Shown: positions 1-7,982, counted from the stretch's first letter. The stretch is 32,000 bases of DNA from Pseudomonas aeruginosa (GCF_001457615.1 NZ_LN831024.1:6284980-6316979); one strand, 5' to 3'. Numbers and translations are program-made. Notes: a model not told the origin generated them from the sequence alone.

Positions 1-228
1 TTCAACTGCCGGGTCGGCGATGGCTGCGTGGTCCGCCACAACGCGGTGGTCGACGGCTGCGACCTGCCAGCGGGTTTCTACGTACCGTCCACCGAGCGCA
101 TCGGTCCGCGCACCGACCTGGCGAGCATGCCGCGGGTCAGCGTTTCCGCCAGCGAGTTCTCGGAAGACGTGGCGCGCACCAACGTCGACCTGGTACGCGG
201 CTACAAGTCGCTGCAGAACGAGTTCTGA
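1..228 (+). CDS. 3' end of a hexapeptide-repeat (left-handed beta-helix, gamma-carbonic-anhydrase/acetyltransferase-like) protein; 5' end lies outside the window
   Basis: Frame 1 is open from base 1 to TGA at 226-228. The translation FNCRVGDGCVVRHNAVVDGCDLPAGFYVP... has an isoleucine-patch-like short periodicity. The stop lies 2 nt before the next ATG, which looks operon-like. Confidence 0.55.
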   Translation, partial: FNCRVGDGCVVRHNAVVDGCDLPAGFYVPSTERIGPRTDLASMPRVSVSASEFSEDVARTNVDLVRGYKSLQNEF

Positions 229-230
229 AC

Positions 231-1568
231 ATGCAAAGCCTGCTGATCCGCAATGCCCGGATGGTCAACGAGGGGCAGGTACGCGAAGGCGATCTGCTGG
301 TCCGCCACGGTCGCATCGAACGCATCGCCGGCTGCCTGGAAAACTGCGGCGCCAGCCGGGAGATCGATGCCGCCGGACGCTACCTGCTGCCGGGAATGAT
401 CGACGACCAGGTGCACTTCCGCGAGCCGGGTTATCCACAGAAGGGCTCGATCGCCAGCGAATCCCGCGCCGCCGTGGCGGGCGGCATCACCAGTTTCATG
501 GACATGCCCAATACCCGCCCGGCGACGCTGAGCCTCGAAGCGCTGGCGGAAAAGAAGCGCCTCGCCGCCGCCCATAGCGTGGCCAACTTCGGTTTCCACT
601 TCGGCGTCAGCCGCGACAACCTCGACACCGTGGCCGCCCTCGATCCACGCGAGGTCGCCGCGGTGAAGGTGTTCATGGGCGCCTCCACCGGCGACATGCT
701 GGTGGACGACCTGCCGACCCTGGAGCGCCTGTTCGCCAGCGTTCCGACCCTGCTGCTGAGCCATTGCGAAGACACGCCGCGGATCGAAGCCAACCTGGCG
801 CGCTGGCGACAACGCTTCGGTGAACGTATTCCGGCAGCCGCCCACCCGCGCATTCGCGACGCCGAGGCTTGCTACCGTTCCACCGCCCTGGCGGTGGAAC
901 TGGCGCAACGACATGGCACGCTGCTGCATGTCCTGCACTTATCCACAGCGCGTGAACTGGCCCTGTTCGAGGACAAGCCGCTGTGCCAGAAACGCATCAC
1001 CGCGGAAGTCTGCGTCCACCATCTGCTGTTCGACGACAGCGACTACGCCCGCCTCGGCCATCTGCTCAAGTGCAACCCGGCGATCAAGAGCCGCGAGGAC
1101 CGCGACGCCCTGCGCAGGGCGCTGGCCGGCAACCGCCTGGACGTGATCGGCACCGACCACGCGCCGCACGCCTGGGCCGAGAAGCAGCAGGCTTATCCAC
1201 AGGCGCCGGCCGGCCTGCCACTGGTCCAGCATGCGTTGCCGGCACTCCTGGAGCTGGTCCGCGAAGGCTGGCTGTCGCTTGCCACCCTGGTGGCGAAGAC
1301 CAGCCACCGGGTCGCCGAACTGTTCGCCATCGCCGATCGCGGTTTCCTCCGCGAAGGTTACTGGGCCGACCTGGTGCTGGTCAGCGAACTGGAGCACCCG
1401 GCGCTGGCCAGCGCCATGCCGCTGCTGTCGCGCTGCAACTGGACGCCGTTCCGCCACCGGGCATTCCACCATCGGATCGATACCACCATCGTCTCCGGGC
1501 AACTCGCCTGGCACGCGGGACGCCTGTCCGACGATTGCCAGGGACTGCCCCTGCGGTTTTCCCGCTGA
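231..1568 (+). CDS. pyrQ: Dihydroorotase / cyclic amidohydrolase family protein (second, pyrC2/pyrQ-type dihydroorotase)
   Basis: 445-aa GC3-rich ORF. It carries amidohydrolase signatures LLPGMIDDQVHFREPG, MDMPNTRP, VIGTDHAPH. Position and size match PA5541 as I recall it. Confidence 0.85.
   Translation: MQSLLIRNARMVNEGQVREGDLLVRHGRIERIAGCLENCGASREIDAAGRYLLPGMIDDQVHFREPGYPQKGSIASESRAAVAGGITSFMDMPNTRPATLSLEALAEKKRLAAAHSVANFGFHFGVSRDNLDTVAALDPREVAAVKVFMGASTGDMLVDDLPTLERLFASVPTLLLSHCEDTPRIEANLARWRQRFGERIPAAAHPRIRDAEACYRSTALAVELAQRHGTLLHVLHLSTARELALFEDKPLCQKRITAEVCVHHLLFDDSDYARLGHLLKCNPAIKSREDRDALRRALAGNRLDVIGTDHAPHAWAEKQQAYPQAPAGLPLVQHALPALLELVREGWLSLATLVAKTSHRVAELFAIADRGFLREGYWADLVLVSELEHPALASAMPLLSRCNWTPFRHRAFHHRIDTTIVSGQLAWHAGRLSDDCQGLPLRFSR
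431..439 (+). promoter_or_regulatory. Perfect DnaA box TTATCCACA
   Basis: Read directly from the sequence. Inside pyrQ as GGT TAT CCA CAG (G-Y-P-Q). Confidence 0.7.
939..947 (+). promoter_or_regulatory. Perfect DnaA box TTATCCACA
   Basis: Inside pyrQ as CAC TTA TCC ACA GCG (H-L-S-T-A). It uses the very rare TTA Leu codon. Confidence 0.7.
1193..1201 (+). promoter_or_regulatory. Perfect DnaA box TTATCCACA
   Basis: Inside pyrQ as GCT TAT CCA CAG (A-Y-P-Q). Confidence 0.7.
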
Positions 1569-1572
1569 AGTC

Positions 1573-1596
1573 TTGTCCACAGCCTGCTGTGGATAT
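1573..1596. terminator. Inverted pair of DnaA-box variants forming a hairpin between the convergent pyrQ and beta-lactamase-family genes
   Basis: TTGTCCACA (1573-1581) and TGTGGATAT (1588-1596). The core TCCACAG-CCTG-CTGTGGA gives a 7-bp stem with a 4-nt loop. Confidence 0.4.
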
Positions 1597-1612
1597 CCGT
1601 TAGCCCACGGCC

Positions 1613-2857
1613 CTAGCGCAGGGCTTTCACCGCCGCGCCAAGGAAGGCATAGGTCTCCTCCTCGCGATCGTCCATCTCCGGCTTCGGCCAGGCGCTCCAG
1701 ACCACCGCCACGATCTTCTCCTTGCGGTTGATGTAGAGGTACTGGCCGAAGATGCCCTGGGCTTCGAAGGCCCCGCCGTCATGCTCGGGCAGGGCCTTGG
1801 CGCCCACCGGGAAGGTCCACCACTGGTAGCCGTAGCCGAGCGCGTATTCGCCATCGTAGAGCTTGCCCGGGGCCAGGTGGGAAGTAGCCTCGACGCGACT
1901 GGCACGATCGACCCAACCTTCGGGGAGGATACGTTCGCCATCGATCACCCCGTCCTCGAGGACGAACTGGCCGAAGCGGCCATAGTCGCGCAGGGTCGCG
2001 CTCAAGCCGCTGCTGCCGATCTCTTGCCCGGCCGGCGATTCCAGTTGCCAGAAGCCGTCGCTCTCCATGCCCATTCGCGCCCAGATCCGCTCGGACAGGT
2101 AGTCGCTCACCGGAATGCGGGTCGCCGCGTGCAGCAGCTCGCTCTGCAGGTGCGACTCGCCGGTGCTGTAGGTGAAGTGGGTACCGCTCGGGTACTGCCG
2201 CGGCAGGCTCGCCAGCAGCCGCAGGATGCCACCGGGACGTTCGGCGAGCTGGGCGTCGAACATCTGCCGGCGGTCGGACTTCGGATCGCGATAGGTCTCG
2301 TTCCAGCGGACCCCGGAACTCATCTGCAGGACCTGCTCCACCGTCACCCCCTGGTAGGCGGAGCCGGCCAGGCTCGGCAGGTACTTGTCCACAGGCTGGT
2401 CGAGAGCCAGCAGGCCCTGCTGCACGGCGGCGCCCACCAGGGTCGAGGAGATCGACTTGACCACCGAGAACGAGGTCCAGCGCGTGCGTTCGTCGTTGCC
2501 CAGGCCGTAGCGCTCCAGGGCGACCTTGCCATCCTTGAGGACCAGCACCCCGCCAACGCGGTTGCGCCGCATGAAATCGTCGACGCCGTATTCCTCGCCG
2601 CCGATCCGGTAGCGCGGCGCGATGGCCACACCCGCCGGCAGCGGACGGACCTTGGTCCCCTTGTGGATAACCCGGGTCGGATAGACCTTGTCCATGTTCC
2701 GGTAGGTGTCCGGCTGGTATTCCGGGATCAGTTCATAGAGATCGGCGGCACGGCCGATCCGCGGGTTTTCCACAGCCGCGTCGGCGCCGGCCGAGCCGCT
2801 TGCCGAGACGAACAGTGCCAGCAGGGCCGGCCGGAAGACTGATATACAGCTACGCAT
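1613..2857 (-). CDS. Secreted serine hydrolase of the beta-lactamase/transpeptidase-like family (PA5542 / PIB-1-like)
   Basis: ATG at 2857 is preceded by AAGGA (minus strand ...ATAAGGAAAACGTCC ATG). It has a signal peptide MRSCISVFRPALLALFVSASGSAGA and an SxxK motif in FSVVKSISS. The 38 extra N-terminal codons in the ORF track were rejected because they lack an SD. Confidence 0.8.
   Translation of the reverse strand: MRSCISVFRPALLALFVSASGSAGADAAVENPRIGRAADLYELIPEYQPDTYRNMDKVYPTRVIHKGTKVRPLPAGVAIAPRYRIGGEEYGVDDFMRRNRVGGVLVLKDGKVALERYGLGNDERTRWTSFSVVKSISSTLVGAAVQQGLLALDQPVDKYLPSLAGSAYQGVTVEQVLQMSSGVRWNETYRDPKSDRRQMFDAQLAERPGGILRLLASLPRQYPSGTHFTYSTGESHLQSELLHAATRIPVSDYLSERIWARMGMESDGFWQLESPAGQEIGSSGLSATLRDYGRFGQFVLEDGVIDGERILPEGWVDRASRVEATSHLAPGKLYDGEYALGYGYQWWTFPVGAKALPEHDGGAFEAQGIFGQYLYINRKEKIVAVVWSAWPKPEMDDREEETYAFLGAAVKALR
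2662..2670 (-). promoter_or_regulatory. Perfect DnaA box (TGTGGATAA on + strand)
   Basis: Inside the beta-lactamase-family gene. The coding strand reads GTT ATC CAC AAG (V-I-H-K). Confidence 0.7.
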
Positions 2858-2928
2858 GGACGTTTTCCTTATGACCGGAAGCAGCTCCGGCTTCGTCGTT
2901 TTTATGGATGTGGACTGGCGTCTCAGGG

Positions 2929-2937
2929 TTATCCACA
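2929..2937 (+). promoter_or_regulatory. Perfect DnaA box TTATCCACA
   Basis: In the 86-bp spacer between the DUF1850 stop (2944) and the beta-lactamase-family start (2857). Confidence 0.7.
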
Positions 2938-2943
2938 GGACGT

Positions 2944-3342
2944 TCAGTCGCTCGGGTCCCGTATCGGACACGCCCAGAGTTCGACCGCCGGGCGCTCACG
3001 GTCCGGCGGACCGATCCAGCGCGCCAGCGCATCGCAGCGCCCCTGACGGCAGATCCGGTAGTCGCCGGCCTCCGGTGTGCGCCCCAGCCGCAACGGTTGC
3101 AACGGCGGCACCCCACGGTGGTAATGCCAGGCGCCGTCACGCAGCACGGCGCCCTCGGGAATCTCCATCCCCGCCCCGCTGCCCCGCACCCGGGCCTCTT
3201 CCAGCAGCAGGCCGCGCTCACTCAGGCGATAGTCTTCTTCCCAGAGCACCTTCTCGACCGTGTGTTGCCAGGCCAGGGTGAACGACTGCAGCGGCAGCGT
3301 CGCCCAGACGCTGCCGGCCATGCCCAGACACAGCGCGATCAC
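2944..3342 (-). CDS. DUF1850-type small protein associated with TAXI-TRAP transporters
   Basis: This is the C-terminal part of the 2944..5103 ORF frame. A GTG at 3342 overlaps the permease TGA (3339-3341) as GTGA; the alternative start is ATG 3321. The sequence ...LAWQHTVEKVLWEEDYRL...GSGAGMEIPEGAVLRDGAWHY... resembles DUF1850 proteins found next to TAXI permeases. Confidence 0.65.
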   Translation of the reverse strand: MIALCLGMAGSVWATLPLQSFTLAWQHTVEKVLWEEDYRLSERGLLLEEARVRGSGAGMEIPEGAVLRDGAWHYHRGVPPLQPLRLGRTPEAGDYRICRQGRCDALARWIGPPDRERPAVELWACPIRDPSD

Positions 3343-5363
3343 GCCACCGCCTCGCGCGCACGCTGGCGCCAGAGGTGCCAGCCGATCACCAGCGCGCCGA
3401 GGACGAAGCCCAGCTCGTCGCTGATCGGCAAGGCCAGGACCAGGCTGGCCCCGGCGGCGAACGCCACCAGGCGCTCCCACCAGGCCAGCGGCCCCTGCAG
3501 GTAGCCGATGGAAGCCATGCCCCACAGGCCGATGGCCAGCACCGCCTTGCAGGTGACATAGAGCGTCGCCCCCCAACCGCCTTCCTGCAGCATCAGCGCC
3601 GGGGAATACACCGCCATGAACGGCACCACGAAACCCGCCAGGGCGATGCGCACCGCCCAGAAGCTGATTTTCAATCCCCTTTCCTTGGCGATCGGCGCGG
3701 CCGCGAAACAGGCCAGCGCCACCGGAGGGGTGAGGTCGGCGAGGATGCCGAAGTAGAAGACGAACATGTGCGAGACGATCAGCGGCACCCCCAGTTCCAG
3801 CAGCGCCGGCGCGGCGATGGAGCTGGTGATGATGTAGTTGGGGATGGTCGGGATGCCCATTCCCAGGACCAGGCAGGTGACCATGGTCAGGACCAGCGAC
3901 AGCAGCAGGTTCTCCCGTCCCAGGTCGAGCACGTAGCTGGCGAAGGTGGTGGCGATGCCGGTCAGCGAAATCACCCCGATGATGACTCCCACCAGGGTGC
4001 AGGCGATGCCCACCGGGATCGCATGTCGCGCACCTTCGGCGAGGGCGCGGACGCAGATGCGCAGGGTTTCCCGGCCGCCACGGACGAACCAGCAGGCCAG
4101 GGCCAGGGCCGCGATCACGACGAAGATCACCCCGATGCCGAGGCGGAAGAACCCCGCGCAGAGCAGCCCCAGCGCCACCCAGAAGGCGATGCGCAGGCCG
4201 AGCGAGGACACCCGCAGGATGATCGCCGAACCGAGGATGACGATGGCGGTCAGCGCCAGGCCGATGGTTCCGGAGAACAGCGGCGTGCGCCCGGAGAACA
4301 GCAGCGCGATCAGCACCAGCAACGGAATCAGCAGGAACCAGCGCTCGCGGACGGCACCCCAGGCGCTCGGACACTGATCGCGCGGCAGGCCCTTTAGATC
4401 GGCCCGGCGGGCCTCGAGGTGGACCATCCAGTACACCGAGCCGAAATACAGCAGGGCCGGGATCAGCGCCGCCTTGGCGATCTCCACGTAGGGGACGTTG
4501 ATGGTCTCGGCCATAATGAACGCCACCGCCCCCATCACCGGCGGCATCAGTTGGCTGCCCATGCTCGCGGTCGCCTCGACGCCGCCGGCGAACGCCGGCT
4601 TGTAGCCGAAACGCTTCATCAGCGGGATGGTGAACTGTCCGGTGGTGACCACGTTGGCCACGCCGGAGCCGGTGATGGTGCCCATCAGCGCCGAGGAGAA
4701 TACCGAGACCTTGGCCGGCCCGCCGACCCGGTGACCGAACAGGCCCATGGCGAAATCGGTGAACAGGCGGATCATGCCGGCCTGCTCGAGGAAGGCGCCG
4801 AACAGGATGAACAGATAGATGTAGGTGGCCGATACGTAGGTCGGCGTGCCGTAGAGACCTTCGGTACCGAACGACAGCTGGTTGACGATCTGGTCGAAGC
4901 CGTAGCCGCGGTGGGCCAGGTCGCCCGGCAGGTGTTCGCCGAACAGGCCATAGGCAAGAAACAGCGCGCAGATGATCGGCAAGGCGATGCCCATCACCCG
5001 TCGCGCCGCCTCGAAGACCAGGACGATCAGCACCACGCCGACGACCATGTCGGCCTGGGTCAGCTCTCCGGAGCGCTGGATCAGGTCGCCCTCGAAAACC
5101 CACTGGTAGACCGCCGTGCCCAGGCCGGCCATGCCCAGCAACCAGGCCAGCGGCTGCCAGGGGCGACCTATGCCGAAGGCGGGATAGCTGATGTACACCA
5201 CCAGCAACAGCAGTCCGACGTGCATTGCCCGCAGGACCTGGGTGGAAATCAGGGGAAAGGCCGCGGTGACGACCTGGAACACGGAAAAGGCCAGGGCCAC
5301 GGCGAACAACGCGCGCGGCCAGTTTTCCGCCTCAAGATGCAGCCCGTTCTGATGATCGCTCAT
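3339..5363 (-). CDS. TRAP transporter fused permease (4TM/12TM DctQ-DctM fusion, TAXI type)
   Basis: Long, highly hydrophobic ORF. The start is set at ATG 5363 (MSDHQNGLHLE...), with GGGAG 7 nt upstream. It is adjacent to the TAXI binding-protein gene. Confidence 0.85.
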   Translation of the reverse strand: MSDHQNGLHLEAENWPRALFAVALAFSVFQVVTAAFPLISTQVLRAMHVGLLLLVVYISYPAFGIGRPWQPLAWLLGMAGLGTAVYQWVFEGDLIQRSGELTQADMVVGVVLIVLVFEAARRVMGIALPIICALFLAYGLFGEHLPGDLAHRGYGFDQIVNQLSFGTEGLYGTPTYVSATYIYLFILFGAFLEQAGMIRLFTDFAMGLFGHRVGGPAKVSVFSSALMGTITGSGVANVVTTGQFTIPLMKRFGYKPAFAGGVEATASMGSQLMPPVMGAVAFIMAETINVPYVEIAKAALIPALLYFGSVYWMVHLEARRADLKGLPRDQCPSAWGAVRERWFLLIPLLVLIALLFSGRTPLFSGTIGLALTAIVILGSAIILRVSSLGLRIAFWVALGLLCAGFFRLGIGVIFVVIAALALACWFVRGGRETLRICVRALAEGARHAIPVGIACTLVGVIIGVISLTGIATTFASYVLDLGRENLLLSLVLTMVTCLVLGMGIPTIPNYIITSSIAAPALLELGVPLIVSHMFVFYFGILADLTPPVALACFAAAPIAKERGLKISFWAVRIALAGFVVPFMAVYSPALMLQEGGWGATLYVTCKAVLAIGLWGMASIGYLQGPLAWWERLVAFAAGASLVLALPISDELGFVLGALVIGWHLWRQRAREAVA

Positions 5364-5396
5364 GCATCGACTCCCTACAGCCGGAAACGCGGGGAA

Positions 5397-5419
5397 CCCG
5401 GTCCGCCGCACGGACCGGG
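5397..5419 (-). promoter_or_regulatory. Intercistronic stem-loop between the TAXI binding-protein and permease genes
   Basis: CCCGGTCCG-CCGCA-CGGACCGGG, a perfect 9-bp stem. Structures like this are common after binding-protein genes of transporter operons, where they act as mRNA stabilisers or partial terminators. Confidence 0.5.
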
Positions 5420-5437
5420 GCTACGGAGAAACGGGCC

Positions 5438-6397
5438 TCACTCGGGCAGTACGCCCTTCTCCTTGTAGAAGCGCTCGGCGCCGGGATGCAGCGGAATCGG
5501 CAGGTTCTTCGCCGCCTTGTCCAGGGCGATGTCCTTGGCGGCAGCATGGGCGGTGACCAGGCGCGGCAGGTTGTCGAACATCAGCTTGGTCATCTGGTAG
5601 GCCAGCTCGTCGCTGACCCCGGAGTGGCTGACCAGGATATTGTCGATCGCCACCGTCGGCACGTCCTGCTCCTGGCCATCGTAGGTGCCGGCGGGAATGC
5701 TCGCGGCGTGGTAGGCCGGGCTGTCGATCTTCGCCACCACGTCCGCCGGGATCGCGACGAAGGTGATCGGCATGGTCGAGGCCAGGTCGCGGATGGCCGC
5801 CATGCCCAGGCCGGAGGATTGCAGCGTAGCGTCGAGCTGGCGGTTCTTGATCAGCTCCACCGACTCGGCGTAGGGCAGGTACTCCACCTTGCCCATGTCC
5901 TCGTAGCTCAGGCCGGCGGCCTTGAAGATCGCCCGGGCGTTCAGCTCGGTACCGCTCTTGGGCGCGCCCACCGAAATGCGCTTGCCTTTCAGGTCGGCCA
6001 GGGTCTTGATGCCCGAGGCTTGGCTGGCCACTACCTGGATATAGTTCGGATAGGTATTGCCGATAGCCCGCAGCTTCTTCAACGGCGCCTTGAAGCCGGC
6101 GTCGGCGACCCCGTTCCAGGCGTCGGCGACCGAGTCGCCCAGCGCCAGCGCCAGTTCTCCACGCCCGGCCTGCAACAGGTTGAGGTTCTCGACCGAAGCC
6201 TTGGTGGCCTGCACCGAGGTTTTCGCGCCCTGGATATCGTGCCCGTAGATCTGCGAGAGGCCGACCCCTATGGGGTAATAGACCCCGCTGGTGCCGCCGG
6301 TGAGGATATTGATGAAGGTCGGCGCGGCAAAGACCGCGGTACTGAAGGTCACCGTTGCGGCAAGCGTGAAAAGACCGAAGCGTCTGCTCAGCGACAT
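5438..6397 (-). CDS. TAXI-family TRAP transporter solute-binding protein
   Basis: 319 aa with signal peptide MSLSRRFGLFTLAATVTFSTAVFA. The TAXI hallmark N-terminus ILTGGTSGVYYPIG is present. An AGGAG SD lies upstream of ATG 6397. Confidence 0.85.
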   Translation of the reverse strand: MSLSRRFGLFTLAATVTFSTAVFAAPTFINILTGGTSGVYYPIGVGLSQIYGHDIQGAKTSVQATKASVENLNLLQAGRGELALALGDSVADAWNGVADAGFKAPLKKLRAIGNTYPNYIQVVASQASGIKTLADLKGKRISVGAPKSGTELNARAIFKAAGLSYEDMGKVEYLPYAESVELIKNRQLDATLQSSGLGMAAIRDLASTMPITFVAIPADVVAKIDSPAYHAASIPAGTYDGQEQDVPTVAIDNILVSHSGVSDELAYQMTKLMFDNLPRLVTAHAAAKDIALDKAAKNLPIPLHPGAERFYKEKGVLPE

Positions 6398-6525
6398 GGG
6401 AAGTCTCCTGTTCTTATCGTTGTTGTCGCGCTGTCGCGGAAGCGTCCCGGCTTCCTTCGACCGCGCAGGACTTCGTGCAGACTAGACCGCCCCGCCACGC
6501 AGGACAATCAGCAAGGACCGATTGC

Positions 6526-6554
6526 GCGACCGGCTCCGCAAGGGAGCCGGTCGC
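6526..6554 (-). terminator. 12-bp GC-rich hairpin after the methyltransferase gene
   Basis: GCGACCGGCTCC-GCAAG-GGAGCCGGTCGC, 7 nt after the stop. It has no clean U-tract, so it could be a terminator or attenuator. Confidence 0.45.
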
Positions 6555-6560
6555 CGGCGT

Positions 6561-7745
6561 TCAGGCGTACAGGTCGCGCCGCGACCAGGGCAGCTCGTGG
6601 GAGCCATCCTCGTGGGGGCGAATGGCGAGGATCTGGTGCAGGTTGATCCAGCCGCGCTTGAAGCCGTAGGCGCATCCGGCCAGGTACAGCCGCCAGATCC
6701 GCAGGGTTTCCTCGGGCACCAGGCGAGCCGCCTCCTTCAGCCTGGCTTCCAGGTTGGCGCTCCAGAAATCCAGGGTCCGGGCGTAGTGCAGACGCAGGCT
6801 TTCCACGTCGACTACTTCCAGCCCGGCTTCGCTCATCCGCGCCACCGCCAGCGACAGGTGCGGCAGCTCGCCGTGGGGAAACACGTAGCGATCGATGAAG
6901 TCGCCGGCCCCCTTGCCAACCGGGCGGCCGTCGGTGTAGCGCGAGGTGATGCCGTGGTTCATCACCAGGCCGCCGGGACGCACCGCATCGTACAGTTGCT
7001 GGAAGTACAGCCCCAGGTTGGCGTGCCCGACGTGCTCGAACATGCCGACGCTGACCACCTTGTCGAAGCGGCCATCGCGCGGCAGGTCGCGGTAATCCAG
7101 CAGCTTGAGGGTGACTCGGTCCTCCAGGCCTTCGGCCTTGACTCGCTCCCGGCCGAGCGCCAGCTGCTCCTTGCTCAATGTGATGCCGGTGACCTCGACG
7201 CCGAACTCGCGAGCGGCCAGGCGCGCCAGCCCCCCCCAACCGCAACCGACATCGAGCAGCTTCTCGCCCGGCTGCAAACGCAGCTTGCGGCACAGGTGAC
7301 GGAGCTTGGCCAGTTGCGCGGTGGCGAGGTCTTCCTTGCCGGTCTCGAAATAAGCGCAGGAATAGACCATTTCCGGATCCAGCCAGAGCTGGTAGAAGTC
7401 GTTGGACAGGTCGTAGTGGTAATGGATGGCTTCGGCGTCGGTGTCCTTGTCATGGCTTTCGCGAACCGGCGGCGCGCCGCCATCGGGTTCGCCGAGCGCT
7501 TCGCTGAGGGCATCGCCGATACCGATGACCTGGCTGATCGGTCCTTCGATGTCGAGACGCTTCTCGACGTAGGCCTTGCCCAGCGCATCGAGGCTGGGAT
7601 GGGTGATCTCGGTTAGCAGCGAGGGGTCGCGAATGACCATGGTTACCTGTGGATCCGGCCCCAGATCGAACGCCTGAGCATCGCCGATGCGGATCCGCAA
7701 CGGCAGTTGCAGGGACAGCAACTCAGAGGGGAGCTGTGCAATCAT
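6561..7745 (-). CDS. Cyclopropane-fatty-acyl-phospholipid-synthase-family SAM-dependent methyltransferase
   Basis: SAM-binding motif LDVGCGWGGLA and a family-typical C-terminus. The start is moved to ATG 7745 because AGGAGG lies 6 nt upstream; the GTG at 7763 in the ORF track actually contains that SD. Confidence 0.8.
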   Translation of the reverse strand: MIAQLPSELLSLQLPLRIRIGDAQAFDLGPDPQVTMVIRDPSLLTEITHPSLDALGKAYVEKRLDIEGPISQVIGIGDALSEALGEPDGGAPPVRESHDKDTDAEAIHYHYDLSNDFYQLWLDPEMVYSCAYFETGKEDLATAQLAKLRHLCRKLRLQPGEKLLDVGCGWGGLARLAAREFGVEVTGITLSKEQLALGRERVKAEGLEDRVTLKLLDYRDLPRDGRFDKVVSVGMFEHVGHANLGLYFQQLYDAVRPGGLVMNHGITSRYTDGRPVGKGAGDFIDRYVFPHGELPHLSLAVARMSEAGLEVVDVESLRLHYARTLDFWSANLEARLKEAARLVPEETLRIWRLYLAGCAYGFKRGWINLHQILAIRPHEDGSHELPWSRRDLYA

Positions 7746-7982
7746 GCCAAACCTCCTGGTCACAAGACGGGAACACTATAGTCCAGTACCTGATAGAGTT
7801 TTGCTATCGACTACTTAGCCTCCTATCTATCGATGCAAAACCCCTGAGCACTCCGATTCAGGTTAGCAGCCAGTCTGCCCATGAATAGTTGACAGTTCTG
7901 ATATACAAACTTTCCCTTGCTGCAATAACGGAATGACGCATACACCCTGTCAAAGGAAGCGGAAGCGACATAAGGAATGCCG

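Noticed and set aside
431-1201. Apparent 254-bp periodicity of the three pyrQ DnaA boxes (spacings 508 and 254 bp)
   Set aside because: There are only three data points. The predicted intermediate position (~685) holds only a weak TCCAC core that is offset by several bp. I treat it as coincidence unless it is conserved.
2858-2971. N-terminal extensions offered by the ORF track (beta-lactamase-family gene to 2971; also M23 to 13565, MFS from 8756, atpI to 21998, mnmE to 28892, methyltransferase to 7763)
   Set aside because: In each case an internal ATG has a proper SD and begins a signal peptide or a conserved N-terminus. The extensions overlap neighbouring genes or spacers.
3343-5103. Upstream 587 codons of the 719-aa minus-strand ORF 2944..5103
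   Set aside because: This part is an alternative frame of the TRAP permease gene, with Pro/Arg/Gly-rich garbage translation. Only the last 132 codons (DUF1850-like, GTGA-coupled) look real.
7889-7894. TTGACA hexamer as the -35 of the HAD gene promoter
   Set aside because: There is no acceptable -10 hexamer at 16-18 bp spacing (TTCCCT at 17 bp), so I did not call a promoter.
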